From the NCBI GenBank assembly GCA_913040915.1, contig CAJWHW010000004.1, positions 15,351-79,350 on the forward strand: DNA of 64,000 nucleotides. Reading direction: 5' to 3'. Below are positions 1-10,343 of the stretch, piece by piece (position 1 is the first letter of the stretch; each line of letters begins with the position of its first letter). The translations under genes and the position numbers were made by a program. Below the pieces are notes generated by a model. The model did no database searches. It was not told the DNA's origin and saw only the letters and a list, made by a program, of their open reading frames with translations. The stretch comes from an uncultured Fidelibacterota bacterium. GTDB lineage: Bacteria > Fidelibacterota > Marinisomatia > Marinisomatales > UBA1611.

Positions 1-151
1 ATCAGTTTTGACACAAATGATATTATTATCCTATTGTTAGGATTGTGTTAGGGCATGGCGTTTTAAAATGGTTTTTCGAGAAGGGTCCCTATTGATAATT
101 ATCGGTCTTTGCTAGAATGCTATTATGACCTAGACTCCCCTAGTAAAATGT

Positions 152-1705
152 TTAGTGCTTAAAGCATCGAGTGCCTGTAAAGATCATTGCGAACCCATGT
201 TCATCACATGCGTCAATGACCTCTTGGTCTCGTATCGAACCCCCAGGCTGGATTACGGTACCAATACCCGAGTCTTTTATTATATCAATACTATCTCTAA
301 ATGGAAAGAATGCATCTGATGCCAAAACCCCACCCTTGACACCTTCCCCACCTTTTTTTAATGCCATGTGAACTGCATCAACTCGACTTACCTGACCTGC
401 GCCAAGACCGATAGTCGTACCATTTTTTGCTATTAGGATTCCATTGGACTTAGCATGCCTTAAGACCTTCCAGGTGAAAAGAGCAGTATTAATATCTTGG
501 TCAGATGGTTTCTTTTTTGTGACGATGGTCAGATTGTTTTTTGTTAAGATCTTTGTATCTGTATCTTGAACAAGAATACCTCCATCCACATTGCGTATCT
601 CAATTTTTTTCTCTCGTTTATTAAACTTTCCAAGTTCTAATATTCTAAAATTTTTCTTCTTTTTGAATATTGCAAGTGCTTCTTGATCAAAGTCTGGTGC
701 GATGACTATTTCAACAAAAACTTTTGTAATGGCATCTGCCACTTCTTTGGTACATGTTCGATTAAATGCAATAATTCCTCCAAACGCAGAAAGAGAGTCA
801 GCATTGAAAGCGCGGTTGTAAACATCTAACAGGTCATTACCGGTAGCTACACCGCAGGGATTGGCATGCTTCACTACTACGCATGCTGGCTCATCAAATT
901 CCCTAACACAAGCCAGAGCAGCATCTGCATCCATAATATTATTGTAGGAGAGTGTTTTACCTTGGTGAATAGTTGCATTCAAAATATTGGGCTCAGTATT
1001 TCCAGGGATCTTATAAGACGATGCGGACTGGTGTGGGTTTTCTCCATAGCGCATTGTGGAATGTTTTTTAAAAGTCAGGGAAAGTTCATCAGATAGATTT
1101 TGATCTTTAACATAATTATGAATAATTGTGTCATATTGAGCAGTATGGCCAAATGCCTTTGCTGATAGTCTACGGCGTGTTTCAAAGGAAACTTCTCCCA
1201 ATGCCATTTCATCTGCAATGGTATCGTAATCATTCGGGTCAACCACCGCACAGACCCAACCCACATTTTTAGCTGCTGAGCGAATCATGGTTGGACCGCC
1301 AATATCCACATTTTCCAGCGCGTCTGCTAATTCACAACCTTCTTGAGAAATAGTTTTTGAAAATGGATAAAGATTACATATCACAAGATCAATCCATTGA
1401 ATTTTATTGTTTTCCGCATCGGTATTATGTTTATCGCGGAGACCCAGAATACCGCCCCCCACTAGTGGATTAATTGTCTTTACACGGCCGTCCATGATTT
1501 CCGGAAACTGGGTGTAGTCACTTATATCCTTTACAGGGATATCCACTTCTCTTAATGCTTTAGCTGTGCCGCCGGTGGACAGTATCTCCACATTATTAGC
1601 ATGGAGAGATTGCGCAAGTTCAATGATGCCGGTTTTATCAAAAACAGAAATAAGTGCTCGATTAATATTTATGGGATTTTTGTTTAAAGACGGATTATCT
1701 AACAT
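152..1705 (-). CDS. purH: Bifunctional AICAR transformylase/IMP cyclohydrolase
   Basis: RALISVFDKTG, STGGT, GRVKT, ENVDIGGPTMIRSAAKN, RYGENPHQ, KHANPCG, SDAFFPF and C-terminal RCFKH motifs; last gene of the pur cluster. Confidence 0.97.
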   Translation of the reverse strand: MLDNPSLNKNPININRALISVFDKTGIIELAQSLHANNVEILSTGGTAKALREVDIPVKDISDYTQFPEIMDGRVKTINPLVGGGILGLRDKHNTDAENNKIQWIDLVICNLYPFSKTISQEGCELADALENVDIGGPTMIRSAAKNVGWVCAVVDPNDYDTIADEMALGEVSFETRRRLSAKAFGHTAQYDTIIHNYVKDQNLSDELSLTFKKHSTMRYGENPHQSASSYKIPGNTEPNILNATIHQGKTLSYNNIMDADAALACVREFDEPACVVVKHANPCGVATGNDLLDVYNRAFNADSLSAFGGIIAFNRTCTKEVADAITKVFVEIVIAPDFDQEALAIFKKKKNFRILELGKFNKREKKIEIRNVDGGILVQDTDTKILTKNNLTIVTKKKPSDQDINTALFTWKVLRHAKSNGILIAKNGTTIGLGAGQVSRVDAVHMALKKGGEGVKGGVLASDAFFPFRDSIDIIKDSGIGTVIQPGGSIRDQEVIDACDEHGFAMIFTGTRCFKH

Positions 1706-2279
1706 AAAAATTATTTTGTATTAATTGTATTGCTTCAATGAAGGCTTCACCTTCAAGTGACTGAACTTTTGTTTTTAGCGATTCTACTGTTTCATCGATA
1801 GATACTTCACATTTTTTCTGTACTAATATAGGTCCTGAGTCTAATTCATCTGTTACAAAATGGATAGTGCAACCTGTTTCAGTATCACCGTTGGTTAGTA
1901 CCTCCTGATGCACGTTGGTATCCATACCACCTGCATATTTTGGCAGAAGTGAAGGATGAACATTCAACAGACGGTCTTTCCAAATATCACAAAATTCTTC
2001 AGATAGGATGCGCATAAAACCAATCAGCAAAACAAGGTCCACATTATGGTCCTGTAAAACTACTGTCATTTTCTGGTCAAAGTCTTTCCTCTCTTTACCC
2101 AGGTGAGGGATAAAAATGTTAGGTATATTGTGGTTATTGGCTCGTTCTAAAATGTAAGCGTTCTTTCGATTTGAGATGACTACAGATACTTCTGCATTTA
2201 ATGTACCTGCACTAATAGCATCCAGTATAAACTGTAGGTCAGTGCCACTGGTTGAGCCTATTATGCCAAGCTTTATCAT
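1695..2279 (-). CDS. purN: Phosphoribosylglycinamide formyltransferase
   Basis: GFMRILS, NVHPSLLPKY, TGCTIHFV and LDSGPI motifs; pur context. Confidence 0.95.
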   Translation of the reverse strand: MIKLGIIGSTSGTDLQFILDAISAGTLNAEVSVVISNRKNAYILERANNHNIPNIFIPHLGKERKDFDQKMTVVLQDHNVDLVLLIGFMRILSEEFCDIWKDRLLNVHPSLLPKYAGGMDTNVHQEVLTNGDTETGCTIHFVTDELDSGPILVQKKCEVSIDETVESLKTKVQSLEGEAFIEAIQLIQNNFYVR

Positions 2280-3589
2280 CGTAATGAATTCATATGGTCA
2301 ATGCGTTGCTGTACTACACTTGCTGTGCCTATATCTCTGCGATGAAACAAGGGACCTTTTACTGCGGATATTTCTTTTTCTGCAATTGCTTCTGCTTTAG
2401 ATATTGTATCGGCCATCCCTACAACTGCCACAGTGCGGCTACCAGCTTCTATCAATTGACCATTTTTAATATCTACTGAAGCGTAAAAAAGACCATCCCG
2501 GTTTTCAACACTGGACACATCGATCTCCTGGCCTTTTATCGGGCTTTCTGGATACCCTTTTGGAACGGCATATTTACAAACGGTAGCCTGGTTGGAAAAT
2601 TGAACATTGATCTGATCCAAGGTGCCTTCTGCAATAGCAATGCAAATATCAATATAATCTGATTCCAATAGGGAAAGTACATTCATCGCTTCCGGGTCAC
2701 CCAGGCGAGCATTATATTCGATCAGCTTCACGCCGTTAGCAGTGGCCATAAAACCACCGTAGAGAATACCCTTATAGCCTTCACTAAACTTAGCCTTTAA
2801 AGCTTTGGCGGTTGCAAAATTGATAGCTTTGGCTTCCGCGATTTCATTATCATTCAAAAAAGGCAAACCATGATTCGCATCAGAATAAGTACCCATTCCA
2901 CCAGTGTTGGGCCCTCGGTCTCCTTCGTAGGCCCGTTTATGATCTTGAACAATAGGCATATGCTTCAGGTTATCTCCATCACAAAAGCTCATAAGAGAGA
3001 ATTCCTGTCCCACAAATTTTTCTTCGATCACAAAGCTGCCACCATTATCTGTCAAATCTTGGCAGTAGACTAAAGCTTCATCATGGGAATGTAAATGATC
3101 TCCTGATACTTTTACTCCCTTGCCACCCATAAGACCATCATATTTTACTACGTAATTTTCTTTTAGCTCTTTCAGGAATTCTGCTACCCCGTCCATGGAA
3201 TCAAAGGTCTGGTATTTAGGACCTCCAGGGATTACAAATTCCTTTAATAAATTTCTGGTGAACGCTTTAGATGTTTCCAGCTGCGCAAGTTTTTGTTTGG
3301 GCCCTACAGTTTTTACGCCGACATTCCAAAGGGCATCGGCAACACCGTTTTCCAGTGGATTTTCCGGGCCTATGATAGCCAGAGTTGCGGCGGTCTCCTG
3401 AGCATAGTTTACGACAAAGTCTGGATCACTCATCTTACCCACTGTTAATTCATCGCAGATTTCTGCAATCCCTGGGTTCATATTGGACGCGAGGCAGTAA
3501 AGCTCTTTTTCTTGTGGAGATCTGTCTAATGCACGGACAATGGCATGCTCCCGGGCACCGGAACCTATGATTAAAATTTTATTCACCAT
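2276..3589 (-). CDS. purD: Phosphoribosylamine--glycine ligase
   Basis: IGSGAREHA, GPENPL, LETSK, GGKGV, QDHKR, GPNTGGMG and EYNARLGDPE motifs. Confidence 0.96.
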   Translation of the reverse strand: MVNKILIIGSGAREHAIVRALDRSPQEKELYCLASNMNPGIAEICDELTVGKMSDPDFVVNYAQETAATLAIIGPENPLENGVADALWNVGVKTVGPKQKLAQLETSKAFTRNLLKEFVIPGGPKYQTFDSMDGVAEFLKELKENYVVKYDGLMGGKGVKVSGDHLHSHDEALVYCQDLTDNGGSFVIEEKFVGQEFSLMSFCDGDNLKHMPIVQDHKRAYEGDRGPNTGGMGTYSDANHGLPFLNDNEIAEAKAINFATAKALKAKFSEGYKGILYGGFMATANGVKLIEYNARLGDPEAMNVLSLLESDYIDICIAIAEGTLDQINVQFSNQATVCKYAVPKGYPESPIKGQEIDVSSVENRDGLFYASVDIKNGQLIEAGSRTVAVVGMADTISKAEAIAEKEISAVKGPLFHRRDIGTASVVQQRIDHMNSLR

Positions 3590-3599
3590 TCGATTCGTT

Positions 3600-5162
3600 T
3601 TATAAAATATTTTTTCTTTTTAAGAATGGATCTTTACTTTCAAGACCTCTTATTCTATAGGTAATCGACTTATATAAAGATTTTAAATTTTTATATTTAT
3701 CAACATAATTAGGATCTGGATTACAACGTAATTGTTCATCATATTCTACAAAATTATCTGTGAGCTCGGTCAAATTAATATTTTTATTACCTGATTCTAA
3801 TTCCCAAACCCATGCTGCGTGTATCGCGGCACCTAAAGCAGCTCCTTCACCTATTACTGGAACAGCTTGACAATTAAAAATATTTGCTATGGTTTGACAC
3901 CAGCTTTTTGATAAAGACAATCCGCCTGTTAAATGGAGTATCTTTGGCTTAACTGGCATTCTTTCAAAACCTTGATTTAAGTTAAGTATGTGACCTTCAA
4001 GTATTCCCCTTGCAATGGATTTTTTATTAAGGTCTTTAAATCCAAATCCAAAATATAGTGGTGCTGCATTAGGTATATCAGGCGTTCTTTCACCTTCATA
4101 CCAAGGTACAATAATGTTACCATTATTACATGGCTCTGTCTTGGAAATCAAATCTTCAAAATCTAGATGAGATAGAGAATGTTCTTTTAAAAATGTATTA
4201 TATCCGCCTGACATATTTGAGACACAAAGAAGCGGCATATAGTTTCCAGTGCTATCACAAAATAAAGCAATCTCTCCTTCTTCATCAACATATGGGTTTT
4301 CTAATATTGTAAACGCAGTCCCACTGGTACCGAGACTAATTGTAACAGTCCCTGGTTTTGTATTTGCAGTACCAATGGCACTGTACATATTATCACCTGA
4401 TCCGGCATCAATTTTACATTGAGGATTGAAACCATACTTGGCAACTAATTCTTCTGAGATATTTCCAATTGATTCTGTAGATGAAGTAACATTTGGTAAT
4501 TTTTCTAACAAATCATCAGAAATTATTTTTATTAACTCTGTTGACCATGTTTTGCTTACAGGATCCCATAGACCACTACCAGAAGCATCTCCCGGCTCCA
4601 TAGCGATTATTCCACCTGTTAAATACCAGTTAATAAAATTATGAACCAGTAAAAATGAATCTGTATTCTCATAATATGATTTCTCATTTCTATACATATG
4701 AAATATTTTTGATGCAGTATATCCTGTCCGTTGAGTATTGCCAATTTTTGCAATCATGGCACTTACTCCACCTAATGAATCTGTTAATATTTCACATTCA
4801 CGTTGTGTTGAAAAATCATTCCAAAGTTTGGATGTTGGTTTGGTCAGTTTACCAAATTTATCCAGTGCAACTAAACCATGCTGTTGGCCAGAAATAGATA
4901 ATGCATTTATTTTATGTAATATTTGTCCTTCAAGTTTTAATCTTTGGAAAATAATGTTGAGAGCTTCAATCCACATATTGGGGTCGGACTCTGAGATCCC
5001 CAGTGAGTTATCCCCAATTGTGCCATTTATGGTACGATAAGTTGGTAAATCAGTATCATAAACCAGCGTATCCTGATATATTATAGAATAATTGGAAATA
5101 TTTAATACGGAGATTGTTAGACTTTGAGTTGAAACATCGATTCCTGCAAAAAATTTATCCAT
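3600..5162 (-). CDS. xylB: FGGY-family carbohydrate kinase, probably xylulokinase
   Basis: GIDVSTQS, ISGQQHGLV, KLWND, GSGDN, ISLGTSGT and GERTP motifs; AT-rich relative to the flanking pur genes. Confidence 0.8.
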   Translation of the reverse strand: MDKFFAGIDVSTQSLTISVLNISNYSIIYQDTLVYDTDLPTYRTINGTIGDNSLGISESDPNMWIEALNIIFQRLKLEGQILHKINALSISGQQHGLVALDKFGKLTKPTSKLWNDFSTQRECEILTDSLGGVSAMIAKIGNTQRTGYTASKIFHMYRNEKSYYENTDSFLLVHNFINWYLTGGIIAMEPGDASGSGLWDPVSKTWSTELIKIISDDLLEKLPNVTSSTESIGNISEELVAKYGFNPQCKIDAGSGDNMYSAIGTANTKPGTVTISLGTSGTAFTILENPYVDEEGEIALFCDSTGNYMPLLCVSNMSGGYNTFLKEHSLSHLDFEDLISKTEPCNNGNIIVPWYEGERTPDIPNAAPLYFGFGFKDLNKKSIARGILEGHILNLNQGFERMPVKPKILHLTGGLSLSKSWCQTIANIFNCQAVPVIGEGAALGAAIHAAWVWELESGNKNINLTELTDNFVEYDEQLRCNPDPNYVDKYKNLKSLYKSITYRIRGLESKDPFLKRKNIL

Positions 5163-5425
5163 ATATTATTTTCTTATTAATTATGATTAAGGAGTATTTC
5201 ATTAAAAAGGCCTCAGCATAATAAATGAATAACCGAAGATACAATTGCCCAAAAAAAGAAAAACTGTTTATGGGTTTAAAACATCTCAATAAAATATTAT
5301 GCTTATTTATATTAGAAATTTTATGATAGTATCGTTTGTAAACAATCAATTTCAATTATATATAATTGTTTAAACTGAATTTTGATCATCTATTTGTATA
5401 TTTAAATGATCTATTATAATTGACT

Positions 5426-7057
5426 ATGACTATTTTTACTACATTTGACTGGATTGTACTGGCTCTCTTTTTTGGTGTGCTTGGTTATATTATTTGGTGG
5501 GTTATCAACCAAAAACAAGATTCCACTGAAGAATACTTCTTGGCCGGAAGAAACTTAGGCTGGTTTGTAATTGGAGCTTCAATTTTCGCCTCTAATATAG
5601 GCTCTGAACACATTGTTGGATTAGCAGGAACAGCTGCAAATAGCGGTATGGTTATGGGGCACTATGAATTACATTCTTGGATTATTCTGTTACTGGGTTG
5701 GGTATTTGTACCATTTTATTTACGCAGTACTGTTTTCACAATGCCCGAATTTATCGAGCGTAGATATTCTGAAGAGTCCAGATGGATTTTGACGGTTATT
5801 ACCCTGATTAGTTATGTTCTTACGAAAGTGTCTGTTACGGTGTATGCCGGAGCTGTTGTTTTTCAAACTCTAATGGGTATTGAATTTTGGTCGGGAGCAC
5901 TTACAATCGTTATATTGACAGGCCTATATACTGTCCTTGGCGGATTAAGAGCAGTAATCTATACTGATGCAATTCAGGCCATAGTCTTATTAGTAGGATC
6001 AGCAACCATTACTATTTTGGGCTTAATAAAGATTGGAGGCTGGAATAATTTAGTTTCTGGAATTGAAGCATCACATTTTAACATGTTTCTGCCAGCAGAC
6101 CATCCGGATTTTCCTTGGATCGGTATGGTTTTTGCTCCGCCGATTATAGGTATTTGGTATTGGTGTACAGATCAATATATTGTACAAAGAGTTTTATCAG
6201 CGAGGGATGAAACACAGGCAAGAAGAGGGACCATTTTCGCAGGATATTTAAAGATATTACCTATTTTTATGTTTTTTATCCCAGGGTTAATTGCTTATGC
6301 CCTATCTAAATCAGGTCAAATGAGCTATGGATCATCTGATCAAGTTTTCCCAATGCTTGTTAGAGACCTTTTACCCTCTGGTATCCGCGGTCTGGTAGCT
6401 GGCGGACTTTTAGCTGCTTTGATGAGTTCTCTTTCTTCAGTTTTCAATTCTTGTTCCACATTATTTACAATGGATATTTATAAAAAACTTAATCCAAATG
6501 TTGAAGAAAAAAAGCTAGTATTTGTTGGCCGACTAGCTACAGGTATTGTGGTGTTAACTGGAATATTGTGGATACCTTTAATGAAAGTTGTCAGCAGTGG
6601 TGGGCTATACAAATATTTGCAAAGTGTTCAGGCATATATAGCACCACCAATTGCAGCAGTATTTTTACTTGGGATATTCTGGAAAAGAATCAATGCAAAC
6701 GGTGCTCTGGCTACCTTGATAAGTGGTTTTTCAGCTGGGATGCTGCGCCTTTTTCTAGAGATAAAGAAGGAAACTCTTTCATCCGGTTTTTGGCTCAGCG
6801 TTGCAGAGCTTAATTTTCTCTATTTTGCAATTTTCTCATTTTTATTTTCAGTCATAATATTGATAGTGGTAAGTCTATTTACTCCTGAACCTAATCTGGA
6901 CAAACTACAGGGGCTCACTTTTGGCACAGTGACACAGGAAGATAAAAAATTGTCACAACAAAGTTGGGTTAATTCAGATTTAATCCATTCTGTAGTAATT
7001 GTTCTCATCCTGATATTAATATTGGTTTATTTTTCGCCGCTTGGCATTGGAGGTTAA
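5426..7057 (+). CDS. Sodium:solute symporter (SSS/SGLT-like sugar transporter)
   Basis: EEYFLAGR, SNIGSEH, TMPEF, GGLRAVIYTD, WYWCTDQYIVQRVL and AALMSSLSS motifs; many hydrophobic segments; ATG at 5426 (alternative TTG at 5420). Confidence 0.92.
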   Translation: MTIFTTFDWIVLALFFGVLGYIIWWVINQKQDSTEEYFLAGRNLGWFVIGASIFASNIGSEHIVGLAGTAANSGMVMGHYELHSWIILLLGWVFVPFYLRSTVFTMPEFIERRYSEESRWILTVITLISYVLTKVSVTVYAGAVVFQTLMGIEFWSGALTIVILTGLYTVLGGLRAVIYTDAIQAIVLLVGSATITILGLIKIGGWNNLVSGIEASHFNMFLPADHPDFPWIGMVFAPPIIGIWYWCTDQYIVQRVLSARDETQARRGTIFAGYLKILPIFMFFIPGLIAYALSKSGQMSYGSSDQVFPMLVRDLLPSGIRGLVAGGLLAALMSSLSSVFNSCSTLFTMDIYKKLNPNVEEKKLVFVGRLATGIVVLTGILWIPLMKVVSSGGLYKYLQSVQAYIAPPIAAVFLLGIFWKRINANGALATLISGFSAGMLRLFLEIKKETLSSGFWLSVAELNFLYFAIFSFLFSVIILIVVSLFTPEPNLDKLQGLTFGTVTQEDKKLSQQSWVNSDLIHSVVIVLILILILVYFSPLGIGG

Positions 7058-7098
7058 TAATATATTGCCAGTGTTTACGATTAGGTAAAAAGAACACG

Positions 7099-7126
7099 TA
7101 GCTTTTGACTAACTCAAATAAAGCTA
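7099..7126. terminator. Possible bidirectional terminator hairpin between the convergent SSS and cupin genes
   Basis: TAGCTTT...AAAGCTA inverted repeat with an inner TTGA/TCAA pair; weak and AT-rich. Confidence 0.3.
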
Positions 7127-7135
7127 GGGCACATT

Positions 7136-7495
7136 TTAAATCCAGACATCGTTCTCAGTTGTGAGTGAACCACCAGCGTCTCCAGTATTGGTTACCCCTT
7201 TTGGTTCTATGATCATAATCTGGCATTCGTTCTGTGCTGCCGGTTTGTGTTTCATACCCTTGGGAACAACAATCATTTCACCCTTTGACAGTGTTACGGT
7301 TTTATCAGGGAATTCAATGGTCAGTTCACCATCCAGTACGATGAATGCTTCGTCCGTATCTTCATGAGCATGCCAGATAAACTCACCATCCACCTTTGCA
7401 AGTTTGAACTGATAATCATTCATTTCAGCGATTACCTTTGGTGTCCAGTGATCCGAAATTTTTTCGAGTTTTTCAGAAAGATTGATTATTTGCAA
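7136..7495 (-). CDS. Cupin domain protein
   Basis: GEFIWHAHEDTDEAF and VVPKGMKHKP cupin motifs; TTG start. Confidence 0.85.
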   Translation of the reverse strand: MQIINLSEKLEKISDHWTPKVIAEMNDYQFKLAKVDGEFIWHAHEDTDEAFIVLDGELTIEFPDKTVTLSKGEMIVVPKGMKHKPAAQNECQIMIIEPKGVTNTGDAGGSLTTENDVWI

Positions 7496-7503
7496 AGGAT
7501 GTC

Positions 7504-8991
7504 CTAAGTAATCGGGTTTCCCGTATTGCGATCATTCACACGCATGGTTTCCATTTCAACTACCTTGGCTGCATCAATATCATTAGCCACGTAATTTCCA
7601 TCCAGGCAGGCCATACATGGTCGGTCAATGTGATGATCCCCTCTGCGGGTTACTGCCTCCACAAGATCATCGATGGTTTGATAGAGCAGGGCATCCACTT
7701 CCATATATGCTTCAATGGCATCTTCTGTCATATTTCCTGCGATAAGTTCATCCTTGGTAGGCATATCCACGCCGTAAAAGCAAGGCGATTTCACAGGAGG
7801 GCAAGCCACAGCGAAATAGACTTCCTTTGCCCCGAAATCTTTAAGCATACGAACGATCTCCCAACTGGTATTCCCTCGGACAATGCTGTCATCCATGATC
7901 ATGACTTTTTTATTTCTGATTTCTAATTCCTGAGGTACCAGCTTGTATTTTACAGATTTTTTCCGTTCCGCTTGCCCTGGCATAATAAAGGTTCTGCCGA
8001 TGAACGTGTTTTTGTACAGGCCTTCCGAATAACGAACACCAAGTTCATGAGCAAAGGATAGTGCAGCGGTATTGGCCGTGCTCGGTGCAGGTATCACAAT
8101 ATCCGGTATTTTATTTGGATATTTTTTTTGCCAGGCTTCTGCCAGATTTTGCCCCATGCGCAGGCGTGCCCTGTATACACTCACATCATTCAGGGTGGAA
8201 TCAGGGCGGGCAAAATATACATATTCAAAAATGCAGGGATTGAATTCCTTCTTTATTAGGCGCTTGTTGAAAACCTGTCCACTTTCATCCACGTAAATTA
8301 ATTCACCGGGCAGTACAGTTCCGGTGGGCTCATATCCTAGTGCATAAAACATGGTGTTTTCGGAAGCAAAAATATAATCTTTTCTGCCATTACCATTCGA
8401 TCGCTGCCCCTTAACCAGAGGACGAATCCCCTGGGGGTCTCTAAAAACAACAAGTCCTTTGCCAATAATAATACATGTAACGGAATATGCCCCCGTTACT
8501 TTATTAAAAATATTTTTGACTGCTTCACATAGCAGTTCAAAGAATTCTTCACTAGTTTGGGGAGGAATTTCTTTATGCAATGCGTCAGCAAATAAATGCA
8601 ATAGCACTTCTGAATCACTGGTTGTATTTAGGTACCTTGTTTCTTTTTTTGTTACTTCAGAAGCCATCTCATTATAGTTTGTTAAATTGCCGTTATGGGC
8701 TAGTGCAATACCGTAAGGAACTGATGTCCAAAAAGGTTGGACCTCTCCATGACTAAATCCGCCGTGAGTAGGATAGCGGTTGTGAGAAATACCAATGTTC
8801 CCCGTTAGAAGCTGCATGTTTTCTTTATTGAAAATTTCTTTGGCTAGGCCGACCCCTTTCTCTTTATGCATTCGGTCGTCATAAGTCATGATGCCAGCGG
8901 CGTCTTGTCCTCGGTGCTGTAGGTGAATTATACTATCGTAAAGCTCAGCGGCAACAGGTTTATGAGAAAATATTCCGGCGATTCCGCACAT
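7504..8991 (-). CDS. purF: Amidophosphoribosyltransferase (4Fe-4S type)
   Basis: N-terminal MCGI, QHRGQD, HNGNLTN, CIFEYVYFARPDS, PRPP-binding DDSIVRGNT and Fe-S Cys (PCFYG, CMAC). Confidence 0.97.
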   Translation of the reverse strand: MCGIAGIFSHKPVAAELYDSIIHLQHRGQDAAGIMTYDDRMHKEKGVGLAKEIFNKENMQLLTGNIGISHNRYPTHGGFSHGEVQPFWTSVPYGIALAHNGNLTNYNEMASEVTKKETRYLNTTSDSEVLLHLFADALHKEIPPQTSEEFFELLCEAVKNIFNKVTGAYSVTCIIIGKGLVVFRDPQGIRPLVKGQRSNGNGRKDYIFASENTMFYALGYEPTGTVLPGELIYVDESGQVFNKRLIKKEFNPCIFEYVYFARPDSTLNDVSVYRARLRMGQNLAEAWQKKYPNKIPDIVIPAPSTANTAALSFAHELGVRYSEGLYKNTFIGRTFIMPGQAERKKSVKYKLVPQELEIRNKKVMIMDDSIVRGNTSWEIVRMLKDFGAKEVYFAVACPPVKSPCFYGVDMPTKDELIAGNMTEDAIEAYMEVDALLYQTIDDLVEAVTRRGDHHIDRPCMACLDGNYVANDIDAAKVVEMETMRVNDRNTGNPIT

Positions 8992-10343
8992 TAGATTAGA
9001 TCCACTAGTTTAGGGGCAATGCCTACATATGTTTTGGGAGATAAGGATAATAGAATATTCTTATCTTCCTTAGAGATATTCAATCCCGACACAAATTCTG
9101 CCATGGATTCAGCATTGATGGTTTGTCCGTGAGTCAGTGATTTCAATTGTTCGTAAGCGTTTGGTTTCCCTGATTTTCGTAAAATGGTCTGTACTGCTTC
9201 TGCCAGCACTTCCCAGTGGTTATCCAGCTCATTCCCCATCTGTATTTTATTAATTGTAATTCTCCCCAAGCCTTTTAAAATATTTTTAAGAGCTAAGTAA
9301 GAATGCCCTAGAGATACACCCTGATTACGCAGAGTGGTAGAATCTGTGAGATCGCGCTGCATGCTTGAGATGGGTAGTTTTACCGCTAGGTGATTTAATA
9401 AAGCATTGGCAATCCCCATGTTCCCTTCCGCATTCTCGAATTGAATGGGGTTAATCTTATGGGGCATTGTGGAAGAGCCTACTTCGCCAGCTACCTTTTT
9501 TTGCATCAATACTCCCCGGCTTATGTAAGCCCAAATATCACGGCACAGGTCAGTCAGAATAGAGTTTACACGTACGATCTGGTGATAACTTTCTGCTAAA
9601 GAATCATGGTCTTCAATCTGAGTAGTGATAAGATTTGGTTCAAGCCCGAATGATTTAATGAATCTGGATGCAAATCGTGGCCAGTCTGTTTTTGGAGATG
9701 CAGTCACATGGGCAGACCAGGTGCCGGTAGCACCGCCAAATTTCCCCATCAGAGAATGAGTTTTTATTTTTTTGATTTGTCGATCGAGCCGACCGTAGAA
9801 CACTGCCAGTTCTTTACCAAATGTAGTGGGGGTGGCCGGTTGGCCATGTGTCAAAGAGAGCATGGGAACATTCCTGTACTTACGAGCCAGTCTCTTTAAA
9901 TACTTATTTATCGCTTGCAGTGCTGGTAGATACACTTGTTTTAATCCATCCTGCCACATGAGCGAATAGGATAAATTATTCACATCTTCCGATGTCAGAG
10001 CAAAATGGATCCAGGGATGGATGGATTGTTTAATTCTGCCCTGTATGTAATATTCAATTGCTTTCACATCGTGATTAGTTGTTGATTCAATATTCTTTAC
10101 TTTTTCTGCAGCAGCAGTGTTGAAGTTTTTATAGATATTCCGTAGGCGGGCCTGTTCATCTTTGGAAAATGGCGATAGTTCTTGAATGCTCTTTTCATGG
10201 CCCAAGGCTATGATATATTCTATCTCCACTTTTAAACGGTATTGCATAAGAGCAGATTCAGAAAAGTATGCAGAAAGGTCCTCTACGCTATTGTTATAAC
10301 GTCCATCAAGTGGTGAAATTGCATTGAGTCGACTAGACACCAA
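8991..10343 (-). CDS. purB: Adenylosuccinate lyase
   Basis: AISPLDGRY, TNHDVKA, THGQPATPTT and signature GSSTMPHKINP. Confidence 0.96.
   Translation of the reverse strand: MVSSRLNAISPLDGRYNNSVEDLSAYFSESALMQYRLKVEIEYIIALGHEKSIQELSPFSKDEQARLRNIYKNFNTAAAEKVKNIESTTNHDVKAIEYYIQGRIKQSIHPWIHFALTSEDVNNLSYSLMWQDGLKQVYLPALQAINKYLKRLARKYRNVPMLSLTHGQPATPTTFGKELAVFYGRLDRQIKKIKTHSLMGKFGGATGTWSAHVTASPKTDWPRFASRFIKSFGLEPNLITTQIEDHDSLAESYHQIVRVNSILTDLCRDIWAYISRGVLMQKKVAGEVGSSTMPHKINPIQFENAEGNMGIANALLNHLAVKLPISSMQRDLTDSTTLRNQGVSLGHSYLALKNILKGLGRITINKIQMGNELDNHWEVLAEAVQTILRKSGKPNAYEQLKSLTHGQTINAESMAEFVSGLNISKEDKNILLSLSPKTYVGIAPKLVDLI

Noticed and set aside
5155..5355. 66-aa ORF in the xylB/SSS divergent region
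   Set aside because: AT-rich, low-information translation in a probable promoter region, with no recognisable motif.
5353..5368. Perfect palindrome CAATTATATATAATTG as a sugar-regulator operator
   Set aside because: Almost all A/T in a very AT-rich spacer, so it could easily arise by chance, and no regulator gene is nearby.
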